Below are positions 50,448 to 60,179 of a stretch of 64,000 nucleotides of DNA, in pieces; position 1 is the first letter of the stretch; each line of letters begins with the position of its first letter. Under the pieces are notes generated by a model. That model made no database searches. It was given only the letters and a program-made list of their open reading frames with translations, and was not told the origin of the DNA. Source of the DNA: Candidatus Latescibacterota bacterium (lineage in GTDB: Bacteria; Latescibacterota; UBA2968); assembly GCA_965208125.1 (NCBI GenBank), contig OZ242320.1:3520001-3584000 (forward strand). Direction: 5' to 3'. Position numbers and translations under genes: made by a program.

Positions 50448-52331
50448 ATGGCAGAATTACGATTCGACATTACGCCGTTTCTGGATCAAGATGAAGGCCA
50501 GCACTTTGATCGCAAGTCGTTGTATGAAGGGGCAGTGGGTGCCAAACGGGCACGTAATCGCCGCGCCGTGCGGGATCAGGTTGCGGAATATGTGGCGGGC
50601 TTCGCCAATGCCGAAGGTGGCGTACTGATCCTGGGTATAGAGGATGACCGCACCATTACTGGACACCAGCTTCCTCAGGATGCCTTGAACAGTATCCTGA
50701 AGACCCCGAGCACTCGCTTGAAGCCCGTACAGCCCGATGGCTTTATTATGAATGTTCAAGGGTGCGAACTGATTGTTTTTGATGTGCCGGCTTCAGATGT
50801 TCCCGTTCAGGTAATCGGGGATGGCTTCCCGCTGCGAATGGGTGACCAGACAGTGCAATCCAGCGAGAGCCAAATCAATACGCTCAAGTTTGAAGGTATG
50901 GCGGAGAGTTGGGAAAGCCGACGATCATCAATGACTTTGGCTGATCTGGATGAACGACTGTTAGAAAGTGCAAGACAAGGGGCGGGTTTATCCGCTTTGA
51001 GTGATGAAGAATATTTGCTCAAGCGCAAATTGGCCGATCGCCGTGGGCGAGGGATTGTGCTTCGAAATGCTGCGGAGTTACTCTTTGCCCGTTATGGTCC
51101 GGACCATCCCAATGCTGGCGTTCGTCTATTTCGCGTTATTGGTACGGAGCGCTATACCGGACCCGAACACAATGTCGAAGAACGTCCGCGCTGCGAAGGC
51201 AACTTACCTGCGGTCATATTGGAAATCCGCACTGTCATCAGCAGTCTGTTGCGACGCCCTATGCGACTCGTGGGTAGTCGCTTTCAGGAATCCGCCGAAT
51301 ACCCGGATTTCGCCTGGCTGGAGGCGTTGCTCAATGCCATCGCACACCGCGATTACAGGATTGAAGGCACCTGTACAGAGGTCTGGCTATTCGATGACCG
51401 TATGGAAGTGGTCAGTCCGGGCGGACTGGTTGGCAACTTGACTACGGAAGCATTGCTCACACTCAAGCGCGTTCATCACAGCCGCAATCCCCGGATTATC
51501 CGGGTGCTCGTAGATCTCGGTCTCGCACGCGACCAGGGCGAGGGTATCCCACGGATGTTTGCAGAGATGGAAGACGCTTTTTTGCCAAGGCCAGATATAG
51601 ATGCTACCAATCGCAGTGTCACAGTCACGCTTCGGAACACGCTTACCCTGAACGCCAGTGATAGAGAATTTATCTCGGCACTCGGTGATATTGAGCTTTC
51701 TCGCAATGAGTTTCGGGCATTGCTTTACACTTATCGTCATGATCAGATAGACAATGCCAGGTTGCGGGCTTTATCCGGTCTGGATACCTTAAATGCCAGT
51801 TACCTTTTGCGCGGCCTCCGCGACCGGGATTTGCTGGCACTTCATTCTCACGGTCCCAACAGCTACTACACACTGACTTCTGTTCTGACATCGCAAGTTG
51901 GAGAATATAGAGCAAAAGGTAAGGAACTCGGTGCGGATGGGAGGGAGTTCGACCCGGATACAGGTAAGCTAGGCCCGGATACAGGTAAGCTAGGCCCAGA
52001 TACAGGTAAGCTAGGCCCGGATACAGGTAAGCTAGGCCCAGATACAGGTAAGATTCCTGATGATATCCAGGTCGCTATCGACCAACTTGGCCAGCGACCG
52101 CGTCGAGAAAATCTACGCCCTGTCATTCGCGCGATATGCGATCAAGGGAGATGGGTAACTGCCGCTGAACTTGCCGATTACTTGGGTTTTCACAAAAAAA
52201 ATCTATTAGGACACCTCGGAGAAATGGTGCAAAGTAAAGAACTCGAGCGACGCTTTCCGGACAAGCCTAAACATCCTCGTCAGGCTTACCGAGCCGTTGT
52301 GCCCAACACCCTTAGTCCTGAAACACGTTAG
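50448..52331 (+). CDS. Schlafen/AlbA_2 + HATPase_c_4 + repeat linker + Fic-associated wHTH protein (copy 3)
   Basis: DEGQHFDRKS, AGFANAEGGVLILGIED; EALLNAIAHRDY, SRNPRI, DQGEGI; C-terminal FPDKPKHPRQAY. Confidence 0.8.
   Translation: MAELRFDITPFLDQDEGQHFDRKSLYEGAVGAKRARNRRAVRDQVAEYVAGFANAEGGVLILGIEDDRTITGHQLPQDALNSILKTPSTRLKPVQPDGFIMNVQGCELIVFDVPASDVPVQVIGDGFPLRMGDQTVQSSESQINTLKFEGMAESWESRRSSMTLADLDERLLESARQGAGLSALSDEEYLLKRKLADRRGRGIVLRNAAELLFARYGPDHPNAGVRLFRVIGTERYTGPEHNVEERPRCEGNLPAVILEIRTVISSLLRRPMRLVGSRFQESAEYPDFAWLEALLNAIAHRDYRIEGTCTEVWLFDDRMEVVSPGGLVGNLTTEALLTLKRVHHSRNPRIIRVLVDLGLARDQGEGIPRMFAEMEDAFLPRPDIDATNRSVTVTLRNTLTLNASDREFISALGDIELSRNEFRALLYTYRHDQIDNARLRALSGLDTLNASYLLRGLRDRDLLALHSHGPNSYYTLTSVLTSQVGEYRAKGKELGADGREFDPDTGKLGPDTGKLGPDTGKLGPDTGKLGPDTGKIPDDIQVAIDQLGQRPRRENLRPVIRAICDQGRWVTAAELADYLGFHKKNLLGHLGEMVQSKELERRFPDKPKHPRQAYRAVVPNTLSPETR
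51953..52052 (+). repeat. 21-bp coding tandem repeat x~4.7 (PDTGKLG)
   Basis: CCC(G/A)GATACAGGTAAGCTAGG units. Confidence 0.92.
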
Positions 52332-52351
52332 GTTTCTCTTTTCCGGCTGTC

Positions 52352-52445
52352 AAATAGCGTGTTTGAACTGACCAATCGCTAACGCTGGGTACGCCGCAAA
52401 AATAAAAACAGCCCGTCCAAAAAGTTGGATGGGCTGTCTTTTTGT
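52352..52445 (+). repeat. 31-bp direct repeat copy 2 plus duplicated terminator
   Basis: Copy of the hsdR 3' end followed by AAACAGCCCGTCCAAAAAGTTGGATGGGCTGTCTTTTT. Confidence 0.88.
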
Positions 52446-52462
52446 TCGTATCACTGAAGGGG

Positions 52463-52783
52463 CTATTTGATAGCGAGTTCTTCGTCTTCTTTTTCCAGAG
52501 ATAAAGTTTCCCCAAAAGGTTCGCGGTCGAGGCGGTCACCCAGGATAATGGTTAGCACGGCACCGCCGACAAATGCGGTTATGAATCGCGCACCTGAAAA
52601 GAAGGCAATGGCCGCGGCTATGAGGCTGTTGCTGATTACAGCGGTGATTATGAGATCATCTGGATCAGGTGTGCGGTGGCGTTTATAGGTTTTATCGCAT
52701 AGCATGCGGAGGGCATTGCCCGCTACTGTGCCGAACAGGGCGAAGGCGATGAGCAAAATTGTGGAAAATAGACGAGGGATCAT
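52463..52783 (-). CDS. Small hypothetical membrane protein
   Basis: 106 aa with about three hydrophobic segments; RBS AAGGAGG. Confidence 0.65.
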   Translation of the reverse strand: MIPRLFSTILLIAFALFGTVAGNALRMLCDKTYKRHRTPDPDDLIITAVISNSLIAAAIAFFSGARFITAFVGGAVLTIILGDRLDREPFGETLSLEKEDEELAIK

Positions 52784-52813
52784 AGGGCCTCCTTAGTGAT
52801 GTACAATGGGTCA

Positions 52814-53215
52814 TTATGGATTATTGTCAAATCCGCCTTCACGCGTCTGGCGAGTCATTTCCTGGATGAGTTTGGGCGCGGGGTCTTCCCAACCTTCGGG
52901 TTTGAGTATTTTGCCGTCTTCCCGGCGAATGACTTTTCCGTTTACGACTTTTTGCATGTTTGCATTGTGGACGATGTCGAAGAGCGGGTCGAGGTTGATG
53001 CCGTTGCGTACGGCGAAATCGCAGATGTAGTAAATTGCATCGACGAGCGCGTCGGCCTGTTCTGTGACGGTCTGCGCGGCCATTAACTCGTCCATTTCAT
53101 CGTTGACCATTTGTCTTATGAATGCGATGCCTTCTGCTGTCATGTTTTGCGGATGCGCTGGCAGGTCGTCGTTACAGGCCATTGTAAATTCGCGCACTTG
53201 AGCTGTATATCCCAT
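52814..53215 (-). CDS. MazG-like / PRA-PH family NTP pyrophosphohydrolase
   Basis: DEMDEL, ADALVDAIY, VHNANMQK, REDGKILKPEGW. Confidence 0.8.
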   Translation of the reverse strand: MGYTAQVREFTMACNDDLPAHPQNMTAEGIAFIRQMVNDEMDELMAAQTVTEQADALVDAIYYICDFAVRNGINLDPLFDIVHNANMQKVVNGKVIRREDGKILKPEGWEDPAPKLIQEMTRQTREGGFDNNP

Positions 53216-53415
53216 GCGTACTCCTGGTGAAAGATAAGGGGGGAGGGGTAAGAGGTGAGATGTATGCGTTAGAAATTACTACAATACACAATCAAAAACA
53301 AATGCAATGGTTCGTCTATTCGTTTTTGGTCTTTGACTTTTGGGCGTTGCGTCTATATTTTTTGGCGCGATATTTTGTTGATTGGTGAACTATGACGCGA
53401 AAGGACTTATGTTAC

Positions 53416-54642
53416 ATGGCGAGTATTAACGCAAATTACGACAAATTGGCTGCGGGATATTTGTTTCCCGAGATTGCGCGGCGGACGCAGGTTTTTCTCG
53501 ATGCCCATCCAGAGGTGTCGGTGATGCGGTTGGGTATTGGCAATACGACCGAGCCGCTGACGAGGAGCGTGATTGCCGGTTTGCACGATGCGGTGGATCA
53601 GATGGCGCGTGTGGAGACGTATCGCGGCTATGCCGATGGCGGAGAGGGCGAGCCTGAGATGCGGGAGGCGCTGGCGAAACGCTATGCGAAGCACGGGGTT
53701 GATCTCGATGCGTCTGAGGTTTTTGTGAGTGATGGCGCCAAGTCGGATTCGGCGAATATCCAGTCGATTTTTGGGATGGATAATGTGATTGCCGTGCAGG
53801 ATCCGGCATATCCGGTATATGTCGATAGCAATGTGATTGCCGGGCGGACGGGCGGGGCGGTGGACGATCAGTACGAGGGACTGGTTTATATGCCGTGTAC
53901 AGAAGAGAATGGTTTTATGCCCGAGGTGCCGGATGAAAAGGTGGATTTGATCTATATTTGCAGTCCGAATAATCCAACGGGTGCTGTGGCAACCCGAGCG
54001 CAGCTTCAGGCGTTTGTAGATTATGCGATAGAACACAAGGCGGTGATTATTTACGATGCGGCTTATGCCGGGTATATCTCGGATGCGGATTTGCCGCGAA
54101 CGATTTACGAGATTGAAGGGGCAAAGTCCTGCGCGATTGAGATCAATAGTTTTTCCAAAGATACCGGGTTTACGGGCGTGCGCCTGGGGTGGACGATTGT
54201 GCCGATGGATCTGGTGGTAGAAGACGCAGAGGTGGGTAAGTTGAATACGCTGTGGGGCAGGCGTCAAAATACGTTTTTTAATGGTGCTTCGAATATTGTG
54301 CAACTGGGCGCTTTGTCGGTGTTTACAGAAGAAGGCGAGCGAGAGTGCCAGGAGATGATTGCGTATTATATGGAGAATGCGCGCATTATTCGGGCGGGGC
54401 TGAGAGGTATTGGGCTGATGGTTTTCGGCGGTGTACACGCGCCGTATTTGTGGCTCAAGACACCGAACGGCCTGTCCTCGTGGGACTTTTTTGACAAGTT
54501 GTTGTCAGAAGCCCATGTTGTGGGTACGCCGGGTTCGGGTTTTGGTCCTGCTGGCGAAGGCTATTTTCGCTTGAGTTCGTTTGGACATCGAGAAGATGTC
54601 GAGCGGGCAGTGACGAGTATTCAGGCGAATTTGAAGATTTGA
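53416..54642 (+). CDS. dapL: LL-diaminopimelate aminotransferase
   Basis: GYLFPEI, SDGAKSD, DPAYPVYVDSNV, CSPNNPTG, SFSKDTGFTGVRLGW, PGSGFG. Confidence 0.93.
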   Translation: MASINANYDKLAAGYLFPEIARRTQVFLDAHPEVSVMRLGIGNTTEPLTRSVIAGLHDAVDQMARVETYRGYADGGEGEPEMREALAKRYAKHGVDLDASEVFVSDGAKSDSANIQSIFGMDNVIAVQDPAYPVYVDSNVIAGRTGGAVDDQYEGLVYMPCTEENGFMPEVPDEKVDLIYICSPNNPTGAVATRAQLQAFVDYAIEHKAVIIYDAAYAGYISDADLPRTIYEIEGAKSCAIEINSFSKDTGFTGVRLGWTIVPMDLVVEDAEVGKLNTLWGRRQNTFFNGASNIVQLGALSVFTEEGERECQEMIAYYMENARIIRAGLRGIGLMVFGGVHAPYLWLKTPNGLSSWDFFDKLLSEAHVVGTPGSGFGPAGEGYFRLSSFGHREDVERAVTSIQANLKI

Positions 54643-54651
54643 GGTGAAAGG

Positions 54652-56097
54652 ATGACGCGATCCAATCCAAACATCATTTTTATTCTGGCTGATGATATGG
54701 GCTATGGAGATCTGGCGTGTCAGAATCCAGAGTCTAAAATTCCAACGCCCAATCTGGACAGGTTGGCGTCACAGGGGGTTCGTTTTACCGATGCCCACGC
54801 GCCGTCCAGCGTTTGTACGCCGTCGCGCTATGCGATTCTTACGGGACGATATTCGTGGCGCACCCGGTTGCAAGGCGGCGTGTTGTGGCCCTGGGATCCG
54901 CCTTTGATTGATCCGGGGCGAACGACGGTGGCGACATTGCTGCGCGATCAAGGGTATCGCACGGCTTGTATTGGGAAGTGGCATCTGGGATGGCACTGGG
55001 AGACAAAGGATGGGCGTGCGGCTTATGAAGGCGCGGAATACGGGGTGTTGGGTAGGGATCAGCGGTATGAGTTGGGTAAGAATATCGATTTTAGTAAGCC
55101 GGTTACTGGCGGTCCTGTGGAATGTGGATTTGATTATTATTTTGGCGATGATGTGCCCAATTTTCCGCCTTATACCTGGTTTGAAAACGATAGGTTAGTG
55201 GATGCGCCAGTGGAGGAGAAGCCCGAGGAAATGTTTGGGACGCCCGGAGCTATGGCGCCGGGATGGTCTCTCGAAGCGGTGATGCCAGAGTTGACCCATC
55301 GCGCGGTTCAATATATTGAGGCGGCGGATGATCAACCGTTTTTTTTGTATTTTCCACTGACTGCGCCGCACACGCCGATTGTTCCAATAGATGAATTTAA
55401 GGGTATGAGCGAGGCGGGTGATTTTGGAGATTTTGTGTGTGAAGTGGATTGGACAGTGGGCGAGGTGATGGCGGCTCTTGATCGAAAAGGGATTGCCGAG
55501 AATACGCTGATTATTTTTACCAGCGATAATGGGCCAGAAAATTCTGCGTATAGACGGATCCAGGAATACGGTCATTACAGTATGGATGGCTTGCGGGGGT
55601 TAAAACGCGATGTGTGGGAAGGCGGGCATCGGGTTCCGTTTGTTGCCAGATGGCCCGGTCGGATTGAGGGGGGCAGGGTTTGCGATGAGGTGATTTGTCT
55701 GTCCGATTTTATGGCTACGGTGGCGGCGATAACCGGCGCGTCTTTGTCGGAAGATATGGGTGAAGATAGTTATAATATACTGCCCGCGCTTTTGGATGAG
55801 ACTTTTGATACGCCTATCCGGGAGGCGACTGTGCATCACAGCATTCGGGGGAAGTTCGCCATTCGGAAGGGTCACTGGGTGTTGATTGATGCACCGAGTG
55901 GGGATGATAATAAAGAGCCGGATTGGTTTGTGGATGAACGCGGGTATGTGCCCCACGATCATCCGGGCGAACTTTTTGATCTCGAACGCGATCGGATTGA
56001 GCGATTTAACTGTTATGCTGAATATCCCGAGATCGTTGAAGAACTCAAGTCTTTGCTCGAGAGGTATAAGCGAGAAGGCCGAAGTGTTTCGCGCTGA
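54652..56097 (+). CDS. Arylsulfatase
   Basis: ILADDMGYGD, CTPSRYAILTG, GKWHLG, SDNG. Confidence 0.92.
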   Translation: MTRSNPNIIFILADDMGYGDLACQNPESKIPTPNLDRLASQGVRFTDAHAPSSVCTPSRYAILTGRYSWRTRLQGGVLWPWDPPLIDPGRTTVATLLRDQGYRTACIGKWHLGWHWETKDGRAAYEGAEYGVLGRDQRYELGKNIDFSKPVTGGPVECGFDYYFGDDVPNFPPYTWFENDRLVDAPVEEKPEEMFGTPGAMAPGWSLEAVMPELTHRAVQYIEAADDQPFFLYFPLTAPHTPIVPIDEFKGMSEAGDFGDFVCEVDWTVGEVMAALDRKGIAENTLIIFTSDNGPENSAYRRIQEYGHYSMDGLRGLKRDVWEGGHRVPFVARWPGRIEGGRVCDEVICLSDFMATVAAITGASLSEDMGEDSYNILPALLDETFDTPIREATVHHSIRGKFAIRKGHWVLIDAPSGDDNKEPDWFVDERGYVPHDHPGELFDLERDRIERFNCYAEYPEIVEELKSLLERYKREGRSVSR

Positions 56098-56117
56098 TTG
56101 AAAAAGGGAGCAATTTT

Positions 56118-57050
56118 ATGGGACATATTTTGCGTGTCCTGATTGTATTTGCGTGGATTGGTACCGCCGGGGCAGAGGTGCAGGTCGCGTTTCGCTTTGA
56201 GGCTGTTTTTGGCGAAATAGGGGGTGGTGATGGGCAGTTTCTCGATCCGGAGGGATTGACTCTGGATACGTCGGGCAATGTGTTTGTGGTAGATACGGGC
56301 AATGATCGCGTCCAAAAATTGTCCCCAACTGGCACTTTTTTGAGGGCGGTGGGGGGACCGGGCTGGGAAGATGGGCAATTTAATAAACCGGGTGGTATTG
56401 CCGCGAGCAAGGGGCTGGAGATTTATGTGGCCGATGGCCGAAATCGCCGCATTCAGGTGTTTAATCTCAATTTGCGTCTTCTGGCGGTGATTGGTGGTGC
56501 GGATACTGGTGGTTCTATGGATCTGGGTACGCTCAGTGGTATTGCCGTGTCAGATGCAGATGAGATTTTGGTGAGCGATATCGATGCCGATCAACTGGTG
56601 CAGATCGATACATATAGCCGCGTTGATCGCAGTTTTGGCGGATTTGGATATGGGGCTGGCAATTTGCGGCGGCCTTTAGGGATTGCTATAGAAGGGCGCG
56701 AGGTGGTTTATGTTTGTGATAGCGAGAATGATCGGATCGCGATGTTCGACAGGTTTGGCAATTTTCAAAAGGCAATGGGCGAAGATGTTTTGTTGCAGCC
56801 CTCGGCGCTTTGCATGGGGCCAGAGCGGACGTTGATTGTGGCGGATACAGGACACCATCGCATTGTGGTTTTTGATCTCGAGTCTGGCGGTGTTGCAGGC
56901 TCTTTGGGTGGTCCCGATCCGGGAAAGGGTGCGATGGCGTTCCAGTTCCCCCGGGGTGTTGCACTTGGACGCGCTGGCAGGTTGTTCGTTCTGGATTCGG
57001 GCAATGGGCGCATTCAGAAATTGCAAATACAGGTTTCAAGGGTGAAGTAG
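56118..57050 (+). CDS. Secreted NHL-repeat beta-propeller protein
   Basis: Signal peptide; repeated P.G...G...V.D.GN.R.Q. Confidence 0.85.
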   Translation: MGHILRVLIVFAWIGTAGAEVQVAFRFEAVFGEIGGGDGQFLDPEGLTLDTSGNVFVVDTGNDRVQKLSPTGTFLRAVGGPGWEDGQFNKPGGIAASKGLEIYVADGRNRRIQVFNLNLRLLAVIGGADTGGSMDLGTLSGIAVSDADEILVSDIDADQLVQIDTYSRVDRSFGGFGYGAGNLRRPLGIAIEGREVVYVCDSENDRIAMFDRFGNFQKAMGEDVLLQPSALCMGPERTLIVADTGHHRIVVFDLESGGVAGSLGGPDPGKGAMAFQFPRGVALGRAGRLFVLDSGNGRIQKLQIQVSRVK

Positions 57051-57085
57051 GAAGTGTGAAGTGTGAAGGATGAAGTGTGGAGTGA
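57044..57085 (+). repeat. Heptamer tandem repeat (GAAGTGT)x~6
   Basis: gaagtag gaagtgt gaagtgt gaaggat gaagtgt ggagtga. Confidence 0.7.
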
Positions 57086-57146
57086 GGAAAGGCCGGGATG
57101 TTCCGCGGGGGCGGGATGTCCTGTTTTTTTTAGCGAGACGCGAGAG

Positions 57147-60100
57147 ATGAGTTTTAACACCCTTCGTATTGCTCAGGGTATTGTATTTTTTTTCGTGTGT
57201 GTTGTGACGGCACAGGCACAGGTTCCCGTGCCAGAGCAGTTTACGCTGTTTGATGGGGAACGTGTGTTTCAAGCGGATGGGAGCCGTGGCCCTTTTTCGA
57301 TTTCCGATCGCGCCATTGAGGCGGGGAGTGAGCGGGTTTGGGTGGATGGGGTGTCGCTCATTCGGGATCGGGATTATGTGGTGGATGCCGACCGCGCGTT
57401 GCTGACGCTTTTGCGGGATGTTGTGCGGGGTGTGGAGATTGTGGTGCGTTTTAGGCAGCATCCTCTGGTGACCGCGCCTGTGGTTCAGCGCCGTCAGTTT
57501 CAACCGGGGAAAGGTGGTGGGGATCAACCGATTGTGCGTGTATTATCCCCCCCTGTGGTGCGAGATAGGGATGAGGAGCAGAAGTTGACGATTGGCGGTC
57601 ATAAGAGTATTTCTGTAACTGCGGGGTCTCAACACGCGGTTCATCAAGCTTTGCAGTTGCGTATTTCGGGCGAGGTTGCCGAGGGGGTCAATTTATTGGC
57701 TGTGTTGTCCGATCGCAATTTGCCAATAGGCGAGCAGGGTGGGTCGAAGCGGTTACAGGAATTGGATCGCGTGTTTTTTCAGGTTAATGCCAATCGGGTA
57801 TCGGCTACGCTCGGCGATCTCGATGTGGCGTTTGAAGGGACTGTGTTTGGGCGCTATCGGAGGCAGTTGCAGGGCGCGCGTGTGTTGGCCCATCGGCAGA
57901 ATGGGCAGGTCGCGGCTTTTGGGGCGGTGTCGCGGGGGCGTTGGGAAACGCGGCGGCTGGTGACGATTGAGGGGTTTCAAGGCCCCTATTCACTGTCGGG
58001 GGGTGGCTTGAGGGGGCAAATTGTGCCAGAGTCTGAGCGCGTGTATCTCAACGGGCGATTGCTCAACCGCGGTGATGGGGCAGATTATACGATTGATTAC
58101 GAGCGCGGGCATGTGGCGTTCATGCCTGAGATACCGATTGGGGTGGAGAGCCGCGTTACAGCGGAATACCAGGTGATTGATGCCGGAATGAGAAGCCGGC
58201 TGATGGGTATAGAGTCCCGCGTGTCCCTCGCTGAGGGGATGTCTGTGGGGACGACGCTGATTCGAGAGTCTGATCGTTCTGCACTGTCGCCTGGGATAGC
58301 TTCAGTGCATCGACAGTTGGGGGTGGTGTACGCGACGTACACGCCGTGGTCAAATGCGCGTATTTCTGGGGAGTTTGCTCTGAGTGATCGGGATTTGGGA
58401 AGTGGACGCGGGTTTCGCATGGATGGCGCGTGGCAAGCGCGCAATTTTGAAGTCACGGGCCGGTTTCGTCAGGTTGGGGCCAATTTTGAAGCATTTGAGC
58501 GATTGGATAGAGGGCGGGCAGCCGGGCGGTGGGGGTGGCAAGCCGATACTGCGCGAACCGCCCAACGCGAGGGTGAGATGGCTGTGCGTTGGGATTTGGG
58601 CAAGGTGCTTTCTGTTACTGGGGAATACGGACGGCATTTGGGCGCTGTGCGAACGGACCGGAAAAGTGTGGGGATTCACGCGCCTGTAGGGATGTACCGC
58701 TATGAGTCGCTCGGACGCGGTAGCGGCGAGATGCGCCGACATGAGGGACAGATTGAAGTGTCGATGGGGGAGGTTGTGCCGGGGTTTCGTTTTTCGCTGG
58801 AAAATGGGGTGGGCGATGGTGTGAGTAGCAGTTCGCTTTTTTATGCCACACGTCCGCGTTTTTTGCCTCAGGGTGTTGACAAACAGGAGTTGGTGTGGCA
58901 CATAGGTGTTGGCGAAGGGCGAAATTGGTCGTGGGTATCGGAGTTGAAATATCGGAAGTTCAGGCAGCGGGAAGCGGTGTGGCAGGATAGTTTGCGCGGG
59001 TGGTCGCACACCCACAGGGCGCAGATGACAAATTGGAGGGGTTGGATTTTTTCTGGTTCTTATACCCATGGGAAAATCCATATCGGGCGCGAACATCAGC
59101 AGACGACGACACATCTGGGGCGCGTGCGGTTGGGGCATAATCGTCCTGGCTCGTCGCATCAGATAACGTATCGCGTTTCGAGTACGCGGATCAGTCAGCC
59201 CATTTTTGTCGAGGTAGGATCCGGGCTGGGGGAATATATCTGGGAGGATGCCAATGGCGATGGTTTGCGCGATGTGGAAGAGTTTGTACTCGATGTCGAT
59301 GGCGATTATGTGCGGGTTTATGACTACGGGCAATTTGCACCTGCACGCGATGGCGCGCTGGGCATGCGCGTGGAGATTGATTTTCGGCGTTTGATTGGAG
59401 ATGAGCACATTTTGTCCGCTGTTGCGCTGGATGCGTCGTTGCGTGCGGAGCGGCAGATTGCGACCGGGGCGAAGCATGCGGCTCCCTGGGATCTGTTGGG
59501 TTTTGATGCAGATGCTGGGATTTTGGGCGCTCGCAGGGATGGGCTGGCGCGTCTTTATTTGTTTCGGTATCACAGACGTGGATCATTGCGTTTGACTGCG
59601 CGCGTGCGCGATCTGGTTAATCGGGCGTTTTACGGCGGGGCTGCCGAGTTTTTTGTGCAGGGTGGCGTGTTGGGAAAATTGAGGCCTGTCAATCGTCTTG
59701 AACTGGAGACGGAATTTGATCTGGGGCATAGAGAGCGAGAGGGTGCAGGTGCTTTTGCCTATCGCATTGATGGGGCGAGTGGTGCGTTGCGTTGCGCGTT
59801 CAGGTCTGCGCGTAAATGGTATTTGCGGTTGGGCATTTTGGGTGGGCGAGATTGGGAAGGTATCCGGACGTTGCGCGTGTGGCATATCGGTGTCCAGCCA
59901 GAGGTGATTTACGCTTTGCCCGGTCGCGGTCGATTGCGCGGTCGATTGGATTGGACGCGGGCCTGGGCGACGGATATAGCGCCCTTGTTTTTGGGGTTGG
60001 CACGGGGTAATCGTCAGGGGCAGAACTGGGCGTGGCGATTGGGGATGGATTACCGCTTTGGCAAATATGTATCGGCGCGGGTGATGTACGATGGTCGCGT

Positions 60101-60158
60101 AAGGCCTGCTCGTCAGACGATACATCTCGGGCGCGTGGAGATGCGAGCGGTGTTTTGA
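57147..60158 (+). CDS. Large outer-membrane beta-barrel protein (hypothetical, FCB-type)
   Basis: Signal peptide; ESERVYLNG...DYTIDYERG motif seen twice; amphipathic strands; C-terminal Phe. Confidence 0.65.
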   Translation: MSFNTLRIAQGIVFFFVCVVTAQAQVPVPEQFTLFDGERVFQADGSRGPFSISDRAIEAGSERVWVDGVSLIRDRDYVVDADRALLTLLRDVVRGVEIVVRFRQHPLVTAPVVQRRQFQPGKGGGDQPIVRVLSPPVVRDRDEEQKLTIGGHKSISVTAGSQHAVHQALQLRISGEVAEGVNLLAVLSDRNLPIGEQGGSKRLQELDRVFFQVNANRVSATLGDLDVAFEGTVFGRYRRQLQGARVLAHRQNGQVAAFGAVSRGRWETRRLVTIEGFQGPYSLSGGGLRGQIVPESERVYLNGRLLNRGDGADYTIDYERGHVAFMPEIPIGVESRVTAEYQVIDAGMRSRLMGIESRVSLAEGMSVGTTLIRESDRSALSPGIASVHRQLGVVYATYTPWSNARISGEFALSDRDLGSGRGFRMDGAWQARNFEVTGRFRQVGANFEAFERLDRGRAAGRWGWQADTARTAQREGEMAVRWDLGKVLSVTGEYGRHLGAVRTDRKSVGIHAPVGMYRYESLGRGSGEMRRHEGQIEVSMGEVVPGFRFSLENGVGDGVSSSSLFYATRPRFLPQGVDKQELVWHIGVGEGRNWSWVSELKYRKFRQREAVWQDSLRGWSHTHRAQMTNWRGWIFSGSYTHGKIHIGREHQQTTTHLGRVRLGHNRPGSSHQITYRVSSTRISQPIFVEVGSGLGEYIWEDANGDGLRDVEEFVLDVDGDYVRVYDYGQFAPARDGALGMRVEIDFRRLIGDEHILSAVALDASLRAERQIATGAKHAAPWDLLGFDADAGILGARRDGLARLYLFRYHRRGSLRLTARVRDLVNRAFYGGAAEFFVQGGVLGKLRPVNRLELETEFDLGHREREGAGAFAYRIDGASGALRCAFRSARKWYLRLGILGGRDWEGIRTLRVWHIGVQPEVIYALPGRGRLRGRLDWTRAWATDIAPLFLGLARGNRQGQNWAWRLGMDYRFGKYVSARVMYDGRVRPARQTIHLGRVEMRAVF

Positions 60159-60179
60159 GAATTAAAAATTAAAAATTGA

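Noticed and set aside
51953-52052. Possible CRISPR array
   Set aside because: The units are contiguous with no spacers, lie in frame inside a CDS, and no cas genes are present.
34768-52445. Prophage, ICE or IS as carrier of the defence island
   Set aside because: No integrase, transposase, relaxase or phage structural gene is visible in the window.
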